From Eledone cirrhosa (taxonomy: Eukaryota): 64,000 bases of DNA. The position numbers and the translations under genes are program-made. The notes under the pieces were generated by a model. The model did no database searches. It had not been told where the DNA came from and saw only the letters and a program-made list of their open reading frames with translations. Below are positions 41,560-55,740 of the stretch, one piece after another (position 1 is the first letter of the stretch; every line of letters begins with the position of its first letter). The stretch covers positions 82,088,001-82,152,000 of the forward strand of contig OZ024741.1 in assembly GCA_964016885.1 (NCBI GenBank), read 5' to 3'.

Positions 41560-44500
41560 GAAATTAAAAAAATTAGAAAATTGAAAATTAAACTGTTTAA
41601 AATTTGTAAGGTTTTGGGTTGCGAGGTTTTGTTAAAGAAAGAGTCTTTTATGAAGAAACTGTAATTGTATTACGGAGTAAAGATTATGTCCTTGTTTAGC
41701 AGCCAAACATCAAGCGGCGACTGCAGACTCCGGCCAGCCCATCCTAACCGCGTGTTAGCCATTCCGAATGAGATCGCCTAGCGAAAGATATGGAAATCAA
41801 TTTTTCTAAGCACTCTAGGAATTAATATCAGGCTTCAGGTTTGCAGCGGGCAGACAGCCCTCGCCGTTAGGCCATACTTGTACCAAACTAGTACTATTAA
41901 CTTACCCAGGAGGGGGATTTGTTTAAGTAGAGGGAGGCATGATACATCTAATAGTTATGTTTAGGTCTAGAATTGAAAGGTACTATATGGCGGTCAAAAA
42001 ACGGCTATGCGTCGGGCCCCTGGGGCGAATCAACCCGCTCCGAGTAATTTCATTTACCGAAAGAAGAGAAAATTTATTTTTCCAATCACTCAATGTAGGC
42101 CTATGCGCCAGGAGGTCGGTCCCGCAGCCAAGAAAACCAACCCAACAGTCCGACAGAACATTGGAACGTTAAATGTTTGTTTAGATTTATAGGATGAAGT
42201 TATAAAAAAATTAAAGATTAGCATTATAAAGTTAAAGAGTTCGAAAGTGAAAATTAAACAATTAGAAAAATGAAAATTAAATAGTTTAAACAATTTGTAA
42301 GGATTTGGGTTGCGAGGTTTAGTTAAAGAGATAGTCTTTTATGAAGTAACTTTAATTGTATTATAGAGATCCTCTATAAGTTATCCTAGTGGGATGTAGA
42401 GTAAAGAATATGTCATTGTTTAGCAGTCAGACAGCATGCGGCGACTGCAGACCCCGGCCAGCCCATCCTAACCGCGTGTCAGCCATTCTGAGTGAGATCG
42501 CCTAGCGAAAGATATGGAAATCAATTATTCCAAGCACTCAAGGAATGTATTCCAGACTTCGGGTGTGCTAGTGGGGAGTCATCCATCGTCGTTATGCCAT
42601 CGTTATACCAAACGAGTACTATTAATTTATACAGAAGAAGTATTTGTTTAAGTAGAGGGAGGCCTGATACAGCTAATATTTATGATTAGGCCTAGAATTT
42701 AGAGCTACAATATGGCCGTCAAAAACGTGGCTGCGCAGCGGGCCCTGGGCGAATCCATCCTCTCCGGGTAATTTCATTTACCGAAGGAAGGGGAAATTTA
42801 TTTTTCCAAGCACTCAAGTTTGGCCCATGCACCAGGAGGCCGGTCTCGCAGCCAGGAAAACCAACACAACAGTCGGATCATCGCGTGTAATCAATTGTAA
42901 AACTCGATGAAGTGCAAATAGACTATATCTAGGTCCCCGGGTAGTCCGGGTAATAGGTATTGTTGTTCTCATGGGGAGACAATCTAGTTTCGTGTGCTAA
43001 TGGGTACAAGCGAGTAAAAGGCCGAATAAGAGGAGTAAAAAATACATTGATATATAAAAGTAGAATACGTAGAAAAAACACATTAATAAAGTAAAGGTAG
43101 AATAATATAAATAAACAAGAGTGGTGGTGGAATGAATTGGAGAAATCAAAACACAGGAGAAGTACAATATAGTTTAGTTGCAGTCAGATAATGCATATAG
43201 ATATGGAAATGGAATCAGTGTGTGTTCGAGTCTGAGAGTTCAGTGTGAGTTACAAACGCCCTGAAGTATAGGGTAGAGGATTTAGTCAATACAGTACAGT
43301 ACAATACAGGTTATGGTATAATCCGTAGAATTTTGTCGAAGTCTGAATATTCCGAGAGAGAAGTAGCATTGGGCCAGGTGGGCGGTATCAGAGCTCAGAG
43401 TAGCCTAAATCCGAATGGTGGTTAGATCTATTCAGTCACATGCCGCTGTTCATTATTACATTTGGAAGTGCTCAACATTTCAGGAGCATTATTTTTTCAG
43501 GTTTGAAGGTTCACCACTATATAGAGCTGGTCAATTCCGTATGGTCAATCTTAATGTAATAATATGGAGAGTACTCAACGTAAAGCAGTTCAACCGTCTT
43601 CGTTTTTGTAGTTGGTGGTGCTAGTACGGAGTTAAATATTACTTCAGGGCCTTTATAACTCACACTGAACTCTCAGACTCGAACACACACTGATTCCATT
43701 TCCATATCTATATGTATTATCTGACTGCAACTTGAACTATATTGTACTTCTCCTGTGTTTAGATTTCTCTATTTTACTCTGCCACCACTCTTGTTTATTT
43801 ATATTTTTCCACCTTTACTTTATGTGTTTTTTCTACCTATTCTAATTTTTTATATCCATGTAATTTTTACTCCTCTTATTCGGCCTTTTACTCGCTTGTA
43901 CTCATTAGCACACGACACTAGAATGTCTACCCGCGAGAACAACAATACCTATTACTCGGACGACCCGGGGACGTAGATATAGTCTATTTGCACTTCATCG
44001 AGAATTACAATTGATTACACGCGATGATCCGACTGTTGTGTTGGTTTTCCTGGCTGCGAGACCGGCCTCCTGGTGCATGGGCCAGCCTTGAGTGCTTGGA
44101 AAAATAAATTTCCTCTTCTTTCGGTAAATGAAATTACTCGGAGAGGATGGATTCGCCCAGGGCCCGCTGCGCAACCAAATCCCCCTCCTGTATAAATTAA
44201 TAGTACTCGTTTGGTATAACGATGGCATAACGACGATGGATGACTCCCCTCTAGCACACCCGAAGCCTGGAATACATTCCTTGAATGCTTGGAATAATTG
44301 ATTGCCATATCTTTCGCTAGGTGATGTCACTCGGAATGTCTGATATGTGATTAGGATGGTCTGGCCGGGGTCTGCAGTCGCCGCATGCTGTCTGACTGCT
44401 AAACAAGGACATATTCTTTACTCTACATCCCACTAGGATAACTTATAGAGGATGTCTATAATACAATTAAAGTTTCTTCATAAAATACTCTCCCTTTAAC

Positions 44501-45535
44501 TAAACCTCGCAACCCCAAACCTTAACAAATGTTTTAAACTGTTTAATTTTAAATTTTCTAATTGTTTATTATTCAATTTTCGAATTCGTTATTTTTATAA
44601 TGCTAATCTTTAATTTTTTTTTAACTTCATCCTATAAATCTAAACAAAAATTTAACGTTCCTATTTCCTGTTGGACTGTTGGGTTGGTTTTCCTGGCTGC
44701 GGGACCGGCCTCCTGGCGCATAAGCCTACCTGAGTGCTTGGAAAAATAAATTTCCTCTTCTTTCGGTAAATGAAATTACTCGGAGTGGCTTGATTCCCCC
44801 CAGGGGCCCGACGCGTAGCCGTTTTTTGACCGCCATATAGTACCTTTAAATTCTAGACCTAATCATATCTATTAGATGTATCATGCCTCCCTCTACTTAA
44901 ACAAATCCCCCTCCTGGGTAAATTAATTGTTTCTACTTTAGGCACAAGGCCAGCAAATTACCCAGTGCATTACTGGTACTTTATTTTATCGACCCCGTAA
45001 GGATGAAAGGCAAAGTTAACCTCAACGGGATTTGAACTCAGATCGTAAAGGGACGTAACTATGCTGGAAAGCATGGCGTTCGACCCTCTACTGATACTGC
45101 CAATCCACCGTGGGTAAATTAATAGTACTAGTTTGGTACAAGGGTGGCCTAGCGGCGAGGGCTGTCTTCCCACTAGCACACCTGAAGCCTGATATACATT
45201 CCTAGTGTGCTTGGAAAAATTGATTTCCATATCTTTCGCTAGGCGACCTCATTCGGAATGACTAACACGCGGTTAGGATGGGCTGGCCGGAGTCTGCAGT
45301 CGCCGCTTGATGTTTGATTGCTAAACAAGGACAATCTTTACTCCATAATACAATTAAAGTTTCTTCATAAAATAATCTTTCTTTAACTAAACCTCGCAAC
45401 CCAAAACCTTAACAATTTTAAACTGTTTAATTTTCAATTTTCTAATTTTTTTAATTTTATAATGTTAATCTTAAATTTTTTAATTTTTGTAACTTCATCC
45501 TATAAATCTAAACAAAAATTTAACGTTCCAATCTT
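41560..45535. repeat. ~4 kb imperfect palindrome with internally tandem-repeated arms
   Basis: Left arm 41560-43268 and right arm 43640-45535 are reverse complements. Each arm has two ~600-750 bp units. Part of the spacer (43496-43624) is directly repeated at 41432-41559. Confidence 0.88.
44928..45110 (-). mobile_element. tRNA-derived SINE with 13 bp TSD
   Basis: TSD tgggtaaattaat at 44915-44927 and 45111-45123. The empty site is in the left arm at ~41896-41908. Confidence 0.9.
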
Positions 45536-46003
45536 CTGCTCACACATTATAACATACAGACCCCCACTATATTTACCTCTGTTATAATATATACCTCTGT
45601 TAAGATACGGGTCCTTTAGAATAACATTTTTTCGCGGCATTCCTGGCCTGACTGTAGCAGTACATCAGTACGGAGTTTTCTTCCTCTTTCTTTCCGTCTT
45701 TCTTCTTGAAGCTCGACATTAACGCTGACTTTTCTTCTTCTTCCTTTTCTTCCTCTTTCATTCTGTCTTTTTTCTTGTAGCATGATATTAACGCTGACGT
45801 GGCTTCCTCTCCCTTTCTGTTTTTCTTCTATTTGACCGGGAGGTTAGTAGCACACTATAAGCTTTAGCCCCCTCACCCGATAGGCTCAAGTAGACCGAAT
45901 AGCCAGCACATGAGGGCGACCTGCTAAAGTGGAGGATGCGAGATGGTTGGTCGATTTTCAGCCCTGTGGATTTTATCTAGTACATTCATTTATTGTATTT
46001 CGA

Positions 46004-46061
46004 ATACCTGATGATATCACCGGATTCATACCGAACCCGGTCATTAAAGTGATCATAGTAT
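46004..46061 (+). ncRNA. Degenerate minimal hammerhead (GAAA changed to TAAA)
   Basis: atac-CTGATGA-tatcaccgg..ccggtcat-TAAA-g-tgatca-TA-gtat, followed by AATAAA and (TA)n. Confidence 0.5.
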
Positions 46062-46111
46062 AATAAACCTTTCACGGATTTACACAAGTCCAGCCTCCTG
46101 TCATTTTATTA

Positions 46112-46204
<93 letters not shown>

Positions 46205-46548
46205 TCACACATGGACAGTAATATTTATACATGCTATCTGAATTTACATGTGACATACATGAGTATAAGGAATCAATACAATTTTATATACATATATGTA
46301 CGATTGAAATATACACATATGCACATACACGTGAAAGAATATTAATACACATATTATTAAGAAGTACTCCCATAGACGTGTTTTCATACCAAATATAAAT
46401 ATAGGATTACACACGCTGCACATGCACAACAAAAGATATGGGCATATGTATGAATGCAAAAACGTATTTCTATATGTATTTATGTAAATATATATATATA
46501 TATTAACTATTTATACACATACATCTATATACACATACATATGCGTAT

Positions 46549-46579
<31 letters not shown>

Positions 46580-47041
46580 CATATACATACATATATATAT
46601 GTGTGTGTGTGTGCGTGTGAGCGTACGTGAGTGCGTGTGTGCGTGCGTGTATGTGTGGTACATTAAGGAATTGGTCTTCATATAGGTATAGATATGTTTC
46701 CATATGAATTTTTATTATATCCTGATTCAAGAATCTAACAACAGAGCCCACAAAACCACAAGAACATCCGCAATGGTAAATCTAGCAATAAGCATATATC
46801 TACTAAACATTTAAAACAAAATAAAACAATAATTCTATAGAAATGAAAGAATCAGATACTGACAGATTTATAGCCTCTACTAACCTGACTCATTCAATCA
46901 AAATAAAAATAAAAAAACACGAAAATGCTAAAAGTAGATCTCGCATTATATGTACTTGTGAATGTATGTATATGTGTAGACAGTAAAGTGTCTATTTGTA
47001 AGTATGACTGTATGTATGAATGGATAATATATATGTACATG

Positions 47042-47179
<138 letters not shown>

Positions 47180-47286
47180 CACAGCTGTGTGTCTGTAGGT
47201 ATATATATATATAGAGAGAGAGACACACACAGACATCACAAAAATATATGAATATCTATATACATATATATATATATATATACACG

Positions 47287-47372
<86 letters not shown>

Positions 47373-47866
47373 AACGATTATATGGACAGATTTATTCTAT
47401 TCTCACTATGAATATTGAAAGATAACATACATAATATAATATAATTTGAAACCCAATGTTACATGTCTTAAATCACGCACCAAAAGATTTATAAACAGGG
47501 CAAGACGAAAATATGGTAAAAACAAAATATTTCTTTAATTTAGCCAATTTTCAAAGATTAACTCTTTGGGAACATCAGTGTGATATTTTGAAAACAAAAC
47601 AGAGGTTTGTATATTATATATTGAGATATATGCGTATACACGTCAATAAAATTATATATTAAATTTAACATGGCTTGTGTTCAAAGAGAAATATTTACTG
47701 CATAGTTTGAATTAATGTTGTCAGGATTCACCTTAGGGAATGGTAAACTTACACGTGTAGGGTTATGTTTAGATATAAAAATGTAAATATACTAGCATAA
47801 ACTATTTCATATTACAGAGCACTGATAACATTTGCATCTTTCATTCGTGCACATGTTTGTATGCAA

Positions 47867-47920
<54 letters not shown>

Positions 47921-48593
47921 TTATTTATATAAGAAAGATGGCCGAAGACAACGTTGCGAAATACGAAGAGTCAAATGCATATATCTCTCCCCAGCTACCC
48001 GGCTGGCTTGCTCAGATCACAACAAATAGGTTAGAGGTGGCCTTCGACAAAATCTGATATAAATCTATTAAAAAAGAATAAATCAAAGATTTGTGATTGG
48101 ATTATTGCAAAAAACATTGTAAAGTATGCAACAGGCTAATGCTTGAAAGATGGGAAATTAAATCTTTCGTCAAAGGTATGTATTATTCAAAGCCTAAGAA
48201 AAATAAGTCTCATGCCTACTGAATCTACGGGATGAAAGATAATGGGATGGGCGTAAGAGGGATGGGAGCAAAACAAGAGAATAAGAGTGAGAGACTATTT
48301 TCCCCGTTGAGTAGTCCCTGATAAGATCCTTTTTCGGGATCAGATGTTATTGTGCCCTTGGGTAACTTTAGATTGGGATACATTTGTTTATGATCAGTAA
48401 GGCGATCGACGATCTCAGCTACGTGTATATATAAAATGTATATGCCTATACACTATTAACGATATATATGCTCAGTTTAAGACGATAGACGATCTCAGCT
48501 ACGTGTATTTATAAAATGTATATGCCTATACACTATTCACGATATATATATAAGCGATTCTTTGCTTAAACTTTAATCTGTTATTTTAATAAA

Positions 48594-48648
<55 letters not shown>

Positions 48649-48878
48649 GGATATGCTCCGAAATCGATAGACGTGTCCGAGGAAACCTGTGAATCCAGAG
48701 TCAGGTCGATCCACACACAAATCGCACCTCGAGCTGTTCGCCGAGGAAACAATTGTGACACAGAATAAATTGAGTTCCGATGCATCACTGAATTTTCGTT
48801 TTCCATTCTATCATACTCTGCTCCGTAGGAACATAGAGTGTTCAACCGTCATACCTCCTATGGAAGCAACTTAGCTAC

Positions 48879-48934
<56 letters not shown>

Positions 48935-49519
48935 GTTAATAGTGTATAGGCATATACATTTTATTATATAAATGATATTTTATATAATAAACATATACCT
49001 GTTGTTATATAAATTGCAGGATTAGACATGTTTTTTATATATACACACATCCATATATAGTGTGTATTTTTAGATCTCAATAATTTGATAATGTCAATGT
49101 ATCCTTATTTAATCTACCAAGATAGCCTAATTCTGATTACTTGTTTGGTTGCTGCTATCGCGTCCTTTTTGTGAAAGTTGAACCTTTTTTAACAGATAAT
49201 GCAGGTGAAAATAATATATTTTGCGCTCATCGTTTGATTTTTGTTGAGACAATAGTTGTAATGAAACGAAATGAAGATACCATTAATTTACTACTTACTA
49301 TAAACATGGAAAATGTTTCAAGACACGATTAATATATTGAAATGTTATATACATGATTACAGAAAAAAAAAATGTTATTCGTGACTTCTTAACATTTCGT
49401 TTTGCCAAACAAATTATACTATACGTTCTGGTTCTTTAACTTCTGAGTTCCAATCTTGCCCTTCATTCTACCTACCTATCTATTCATCTATCTATCTTTA
49501 TCCCTCTTTGTCTTTCTCT

Positions 49520-49577
<58 letters not shown>

Positions 49578-50345
49578 AAGTGGTAACATAACAGTTAGTT
49601 CACCATACCTACAACAATTGTTTCATCCTAGCGGATCTTCAGCTCGTACTGGTCATGGTTATACGGAACAGGAAGAACAACCGGTTGAACGGGCATGCGC
49701 AGAAACAACAATTCAACACGCCTGCTGTTATTTATGAAGCTGTGGTCAATTCCAACCGACCAAATCAAATACAGGAGGTCAAATCCTATGTGGGTATGGT
49801 GGAGGGCCGATTTAAGGAACGCTTCCTGAACCATCAGTCGACCTTTATGTACCCGGACAAACGATCATCCACGAAACTCGCGAGCCACGTATGGTCCCTC
49901 AAGGACTCAAGTATAGACTACTCCATTCAATGGAAAGCCATCACTCAGTCCAAGCCATGTGTAACGGCAATCCGTCTTCTGGACTGTGTATTGAAAAAAG
50001 GTTAAATATGCTAAGGAGATTACGCAATAGCGATTGCTCAAATTGAAGGAATGAAATCTTCTCCCGTTGTCCACATATCTGGGAACACCTCTTGCATAAC
50101 TACAAAGCTCCGGATTGAATAACAACAACATTCTAATTTTGTTATCAACTCGAACATCTTTTCCGGAGTTTCGTGGCTTCGTATCGCTTGGGTCAAGTGA
50201 CCGTTTCCGTCTCATACGGTTGTTCTTCCTGTTCCGTATAACCATGACCAGTACGAGCTGAATATCCACTAAGGTGAAACAATTCTTCTGGGTATGGTTA
50301 AATAACTGTTGTGTTACCACTTCTACGTCCCATAGACTGAGTGCT
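49578..50345 (+). mobile_element. 5'-truncated PLE (family C): GIY-YIG endonuclease remnant between inverted pseudo-LTRs
   Basis: VIYEAVV..SYVGMVEGRFKERFLNHQSTF..STKLASHVWSLKD..YSIQWK..N*RNEIFSRCPH. Inverted repeats at ~49580-49683 and 50217-50320, with HHR-like cores at 49611-49645(-) and 50255-50288(+). Confidence 0.85.
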
Positions 50346-50396
50346 CTACCACTACGGATATTACCTTCCAGTGTTCTACCTCTCTCTCTCTCTCTT

Positions 50397-50526
<130 letters not shown>

Positions 50527-50575
50527 GAAATTAATTCAAAGAGTTTAAAACCGTTAAAACATGTTTATATAATTG

Positions 50576-50619
50576 TGCACCTACGTACGTTTCGCCCTTA
50601 GCGGGCTTATCAAGGGCAT
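50576..50619 (-). ncRNA. Minimal hammerhead, U3-A8 core variant
   Basis: Minus strand: tgccc-TTGATAA-gccc.gctaa.gggc-GAAA-cgtacg-TA-ggtgca. Confidence 0.7.
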
Positions 50620-50817
50620 GGAAAGCAAAATAATGTTCAATATAGAATCCAGGAGGGAAGTTACGGTTAAATTAACATCATCATTCATTTTCCTCTACGT
50701 GCATGTGTTTGTATTATCACATAACAGGGGGAGTAACTCTGGCCGGTGTTCAAGCAATCAGTCCCATGTGGATTTTAATGCCTGTTCATATGCTGGTGTT
50801 TAGCATCTTTATGTTAT

Positions 50818-52390
50818 GTGTGTTATTTCACTAGTGCCAGTACAGATCGGTTCGTGAGCAAGTACAAACATTTCCTTTATAAGGAACTACATAAAAACTA
50901 TAAGAAAACACCAACTAGCACTTTAAATGACATAAATAGGGTAGGGAAGGACATAGTTACTAGCCTTGACATAGATAAGTACACCAACCCATATGTCACT
51001 ATGACACCTAGATTCTCTCTTAAGGATCACAAATGTAACTTTAATGAAAACACCTCTATTAGACTTATATGCCCATCTACTTCGGATATAGGCAAAATTA
51101 GTAAAGTGAACCTAGATAAAGTACTACTAGAACTTAATAATAAAGCCAATGTCTGTCTCTGGAGCAGCACCGACCAGGTCATTAATTGGTTCACGGAGTT
51201 ACCTGATAAAACAACTCTCAAGTTCATACAGTGTGACATAGATGGCTACTAAACATCGATCTCCCCCATACTCCTAAATAAAGCGCTTATCCTAGCTAAG
51301 TCTAATACTAGCCTCACTAGGAAAGAGATATATATTGTGCTCGCAGCGCGTAGAACTATTATCAAGTTTGATGGGTCCTACTGGACCAGAACCAACTGTC
51401 CTGATAACTTTGATATCACGATGGGGTCCAGTGACTCGGCGTAAGTAACCGAACTGGTCGGGATATACCTCCTCCATAGAATTAGGGACGAGATACCGGC
51501 CCTAAAGGGCGGAGATTATAGGGACGATGCCCTGTTACCGTGCGAAGCCACAGACCCCGCAGGATAGAGAACCTTAACATGCACATACACAGGTTCTTTA
51601 AGACATATGGCCTATCAGTGACCATGGACCTCAACCACCAAATAGTCAATTTCCTAGATGTAACCCTGGACTTGAGTACTGGCCTATACAAGCCATACCA
51701 TAAGCCCGGTGAGATCCTGTCCTATATAAACTATGCATCTAACCACCCTAAGTCTACCCTCAACTCCATAGTATATAACATATCCCATAGGATCTCGAGG
51801 CTCTCCGCCAATGAAGACATATTCAACCAGGCGGCCGAATATTACAATAGGGCTTTACTAAATGCCGGTTTTAACCGGAAAATATCCTACATCCTTAATG
51901 CTAGCTCTAGAAACCAACCCCCAACGTAGGAATAATGTTATAGTGAGCCATACCCATAACAGAGCACGCTACAGCCATGACAGCGTCAAGAACTATAGTA
52001 TAGAGAACCACACTAAGAAACTTGGCCACACCGTTAATTACATGAGTGGCGACCAAGACAACCGACAGTATGGTAAGTGTTACCCGATTGGTAGCGCGAC
52101 CCGCAGCAGCCTATTAGAGTTATTCCCTAACTATAAGATCAGCAACTGCGGCGGACTATTACCAACACCCTCCAAATCTGCGTCCAGCCACACATAGAAA
52201 GTACAGAGGTAAGGCGCCCCCAGCTGAACATAAATAATAGGGACGAATAACCGGCTACAGCACAGGAACAATCGTAAGTACTGTCAACTAGGAAGCACAA
52301 CCTGTAGCAAACCAACTGTAAAGCGGAAACGCCACCGTAAAATCATATGGTTCCACCCTCCTACTCTCGGAGTGTGGCCTCCGACGTACC
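50818..52390 (+). pseudogene. Penelope-like (probably Naiad-type) reverse transcriptase, degenerate (family D)
   Basis: Motifs SLKDHK, IRLICP, FIQCDIDGY, FDITMGS, YRDD, VNFLDVTLDL and PYHKP..YINYASNHP. Linker motif RKRHRKIIWFHPP at ~52324-52362. Confidence 0.88.
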
Positions 52391-52934
52391 AATTTCTCTT
52401 GACCATTATCTTTTACTTGTCATAAAATTCTCTAAAAAGGCTACAGAATAGATTTCCAAATAAAGGCGCAAAAATTTAATGAACATTTTTTCACGTGACA
52501 GCCATAATTTCATTTATAACCAATCAAATTACGTTTATTAAAAAAAAGCCTTGGTGAGCCATTTTTTTTTAAGTGAAAAGAAATTCAAACAATCATATAT
52601 GAAAAAACAACCTGTGACCCCCCCCCCCCCTTGTTTGAAGAACTTTGTAACGCGAACTGGCGCGAAATTTATTATAATTATTGACCAACCAATTAAATTA
52701 CTTCTCGAAAAACCTGTCATTTCGAGCCACTTTTTCCATATAAAACAAGTAACATTCAGAGACCAACCAGATGTGAGAAAAGCCACAGACCCGCCGTCTC
52801 AACTCTACTTTTGAAAAGCAGAAGAACTGCGAAACCGGTAAAGGAACCAAATAAATATATATATTTTTTTTAAAATAAGACTCCTGGTGCATTTTCGATT
52901 TAATCTTTTTTCCTTTATATATATATATATATAT

Positions 52935-53810
52935 ATATTTATTAAAATAACAGATTAAAGTTTAAGCAAAGAATCGCTGCTTTCACCCTTAACGGGATCT
53001 TCTGAAACTAACAAAGTCAATCTGTGAACGCAGTAGTGAATATTTCAAAAAACGTTGCAACCGGAGGAAGACAGGAAGACGATACTTTGGTTCGTGGAAA
53101 CGTTCGCTGGAAAAGAACGGGAAAAAACGAATATAATACGTAATTATTAGAGGATCGGATGCAATGCTTTGAAGCATAGAGTTACCTCCCTGTGTGATCT
53201 GAGTTCAAATAATCTCTTAGGTGGATCATCGAGACTTTCTCTGGCAATGAACGGAAAAAAACGAAGATAATACGTCACATGTGGAACGTGGAGAACAAAG
53301 ACACGCAAAGACAAAACCACGTAAATGGTATAACTGAAGTCGTAGACTAAAATTCTAACTAGGAAAACGAATGATTCTCGGCTTCGGAGTTAAGAATAAA
53401 GTAAATAAAATACAGAGGTAATTGAACTTAAATAAACACATACACGCATCCATATACGTACATACACAAGCATACGCGAAAATACACGCACATATAAATA
53501 TGTGTGTGTGTGCGTGTATACAAATAATTAAATAAACGTATATAAATAAATAAATACGTATGTAAACAAGCGCACACACATACCTAAATGTAAATACACA
53601 TATGTAAATACACATATGTTCGGGGACGTACGTCAACCAAAACACGAAGTACACATATACATACACCCTACATACGTACGAACACGCATATTCACACAGA
53701 CGCAAAACTCACGTCATTCACATATTGACTCTGTTAGTTTCAGGAGATCTCGTTAAGGGTGAAAGCAGCGATTCTTTGCTTAAACTTTAATCTGTTATTT
53801 TAATAAATAT
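52935..53810. mobile_element. Non-coding element with ~94 bp terminal inverted repeats (family E, PLE-derived or MITE-like)
   Basis: 52935-53028 and 53717-53810 are inverted. The repeat holds a degenerate HHR-like core (CAGAAGA..GAAA). A solo fragment lies at ~48552-48594. Confidence 0.7.
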
Positions 53811-53893
53811 TTGCTCTACAGTTGTTATATATTTGATATATATTTATCCTTATCTAGCCCTCTTTGGATTTTAGTCTTCAAATTTATTATTAT

Positions 53894-53966
<73 letters not shown>

Positions 53967-53989
53967 ATATATATATATATAATATATAA

Positions 53990-55660
53990 TATAAGATCAA
54001 AAGATGGTTAAAGGAGTTCAATATATTTTATTATGCGCATTTCAAAAACAAACATCATCAAACAATAATATTTGTGTTTTCATCAGATAAAACAGGAGAA
54101 CATGATATGAAGGCTAAAAAAACACTTGTTGATAGTGCAGTTTTAAATCAACATATGAAAAGTGGTTTTAGATTGATGTGTGATATTGGGAAAAATATTT
54201 TATTTAGAGAGGGGGGGGGAGAGAAAAGGATGAAAAGGGAAGGAGATGAGAGGGAGAGATGGGTGATAGAGAGAAAGAGATAGTTTTTATAACTGAGAGG
54301 AGATATATTTTATATAGAGGGGTTGAAAACCGTTGGAAGATACTGTATAAATTAAAAATTTTGAAAATTAACGAAGGGAGGATATGTGCGAGGAAAAAAT
54401 ATATTATATTTAGGGAGGGGGGGGGGGGGTTGGAAAGGATGAAAAAAAAGGGGAGGAGATGAGAGTGAAGGTGGAAAGGGAGAGATGGGTGATAGAGAGA
54501 AAGAGATAGTTTTTATAACTGAGAAAAAGATATAATGTTTTAATATAGAGAGGTTGGGAACCGTTGGAAGATAATGTATAAATTAAAGGAATTTGAAAAT
54601 TAACGAAGGGAAATTATGTATGAAGATAGAGAGAAAAAAATAATAATTGTGGGTGAATATTCTAACGTCAAAAGAAGAAATGTAGGAATTTTAAAATTAG
54701 CAAAGAGAAAAAGTTTATGTGTAGAAGGATTTGAGAAAAATAATGTGAAGTTAAAGTTTGTATATTGAATTCATATGTATTAATAATGAGTTCGTTGATG
54801 GGGAGAAAAAAATAATAATAAATTAAGGATGAAATTGAGATTAAAAAGATTTATGATAGAGAGAAAAAATAATAATGATTGCGGATGAATACTCAAAATG
54901 TCAAAAACAAATGTTATTGTTTTACGAGGAGATAGAATGAGGGTGATGAGTAAACGAGTATTATAGAGTGTATAATGCCCTTTAAAGTAAGGTAGATGGG
55001 TATATTTTAAAGAATATATGAGTATATATTAAAAAAAAAAAAATATATAATAATAAATTAAGGATGAAATTGAGATTAAAAAGATTTATGATAGAGGGAA
55101 AAAAAATAATAATGATTGCGGATGAATATTCAAAATGTCAAAAACAAATGTTATTGTTTTACGAGAAGATAGGATGAGGGTAATGAGTAAACGAGTATTA
55201 TAGAGTGTATAATGCCCTTTAAAGTAAGGTAGATGGGTATATTTTAAAGAGGTGTATGTATATGTGCCTTTGAGAAAAGATTCTAAATTGATAAAGAATT
55301 GAATATTAACTGTATACTTTGTGAAAAGTTCTATGGAATTTATGCAGGCAGATGGAAAACAAATCCGAGCGTCTATTTATTATGGATTCTAGGTTAGAGA
55401 TAATGGTAAATTTTTCATTTAGGCAGAGATTACAGATTTTAGATAGAGAGCTGTTCAAGTACGAGGATGCAGAAGAAATATTTTTCCAAAAGATGTTATA
55501 TTTAATGTTTTTGTCTTTTAAGGACCATATGAGTTCTGAGAGAGCAGTGTTAGTTCTTTTAAGTTTGCATACTTTTATATTATGCATACTCCAGTCCCAC
55601 AAACTGTAGAGTGCTTCTTATCCGATATCTGCATTGCTTTATTGTACTACAATAAAACTC
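53990..55660 (-). mobile_element. 5'-truncated PLE (family F): GIY-YIG C-terminus, long 3' UTR and terminal HHR
   Basis: ORF 55306..55602(-) contains TALSELIWSLKDKNIKYNIFWK..CNLCLNEK..INRRSDLFSICLH. Flanked by (TA)n. Confidence 0.85.
54026..54092 (-). ncRNA. Minimal type I hammerhead ribozyme
   Basis: Minus strand: ttttat-CTGATGA-long stem II-GAAA-tgcgca-TA-ataaaa, with a fully paired stem I. Confidence 0.82.
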
Positions 55661-55669
55661 ACCTCCTAC

Positions 55670-55709
<40 letters not shown>

Positions 55710-55740
55710 GTATATATATATATATACATATATATATAAA

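Noticed and set aside
47938-48057. Short ORF MAEDNVAKYEESNAY...
   Set aside because: Only 39 codons, with no recognisable motif or splice context, next to (TA)n.
50044-50046. In-frame TGA in the GIY-YIG remnant as possible selenocysteine (reported for some Naiad PLEs)
   Set aside because: It falls in N*RNE, where the related copy at 55.3 kb has NRRSD (Arg, not Cys). CGA to TGA decay is simpler, and no SECIS was recognised.
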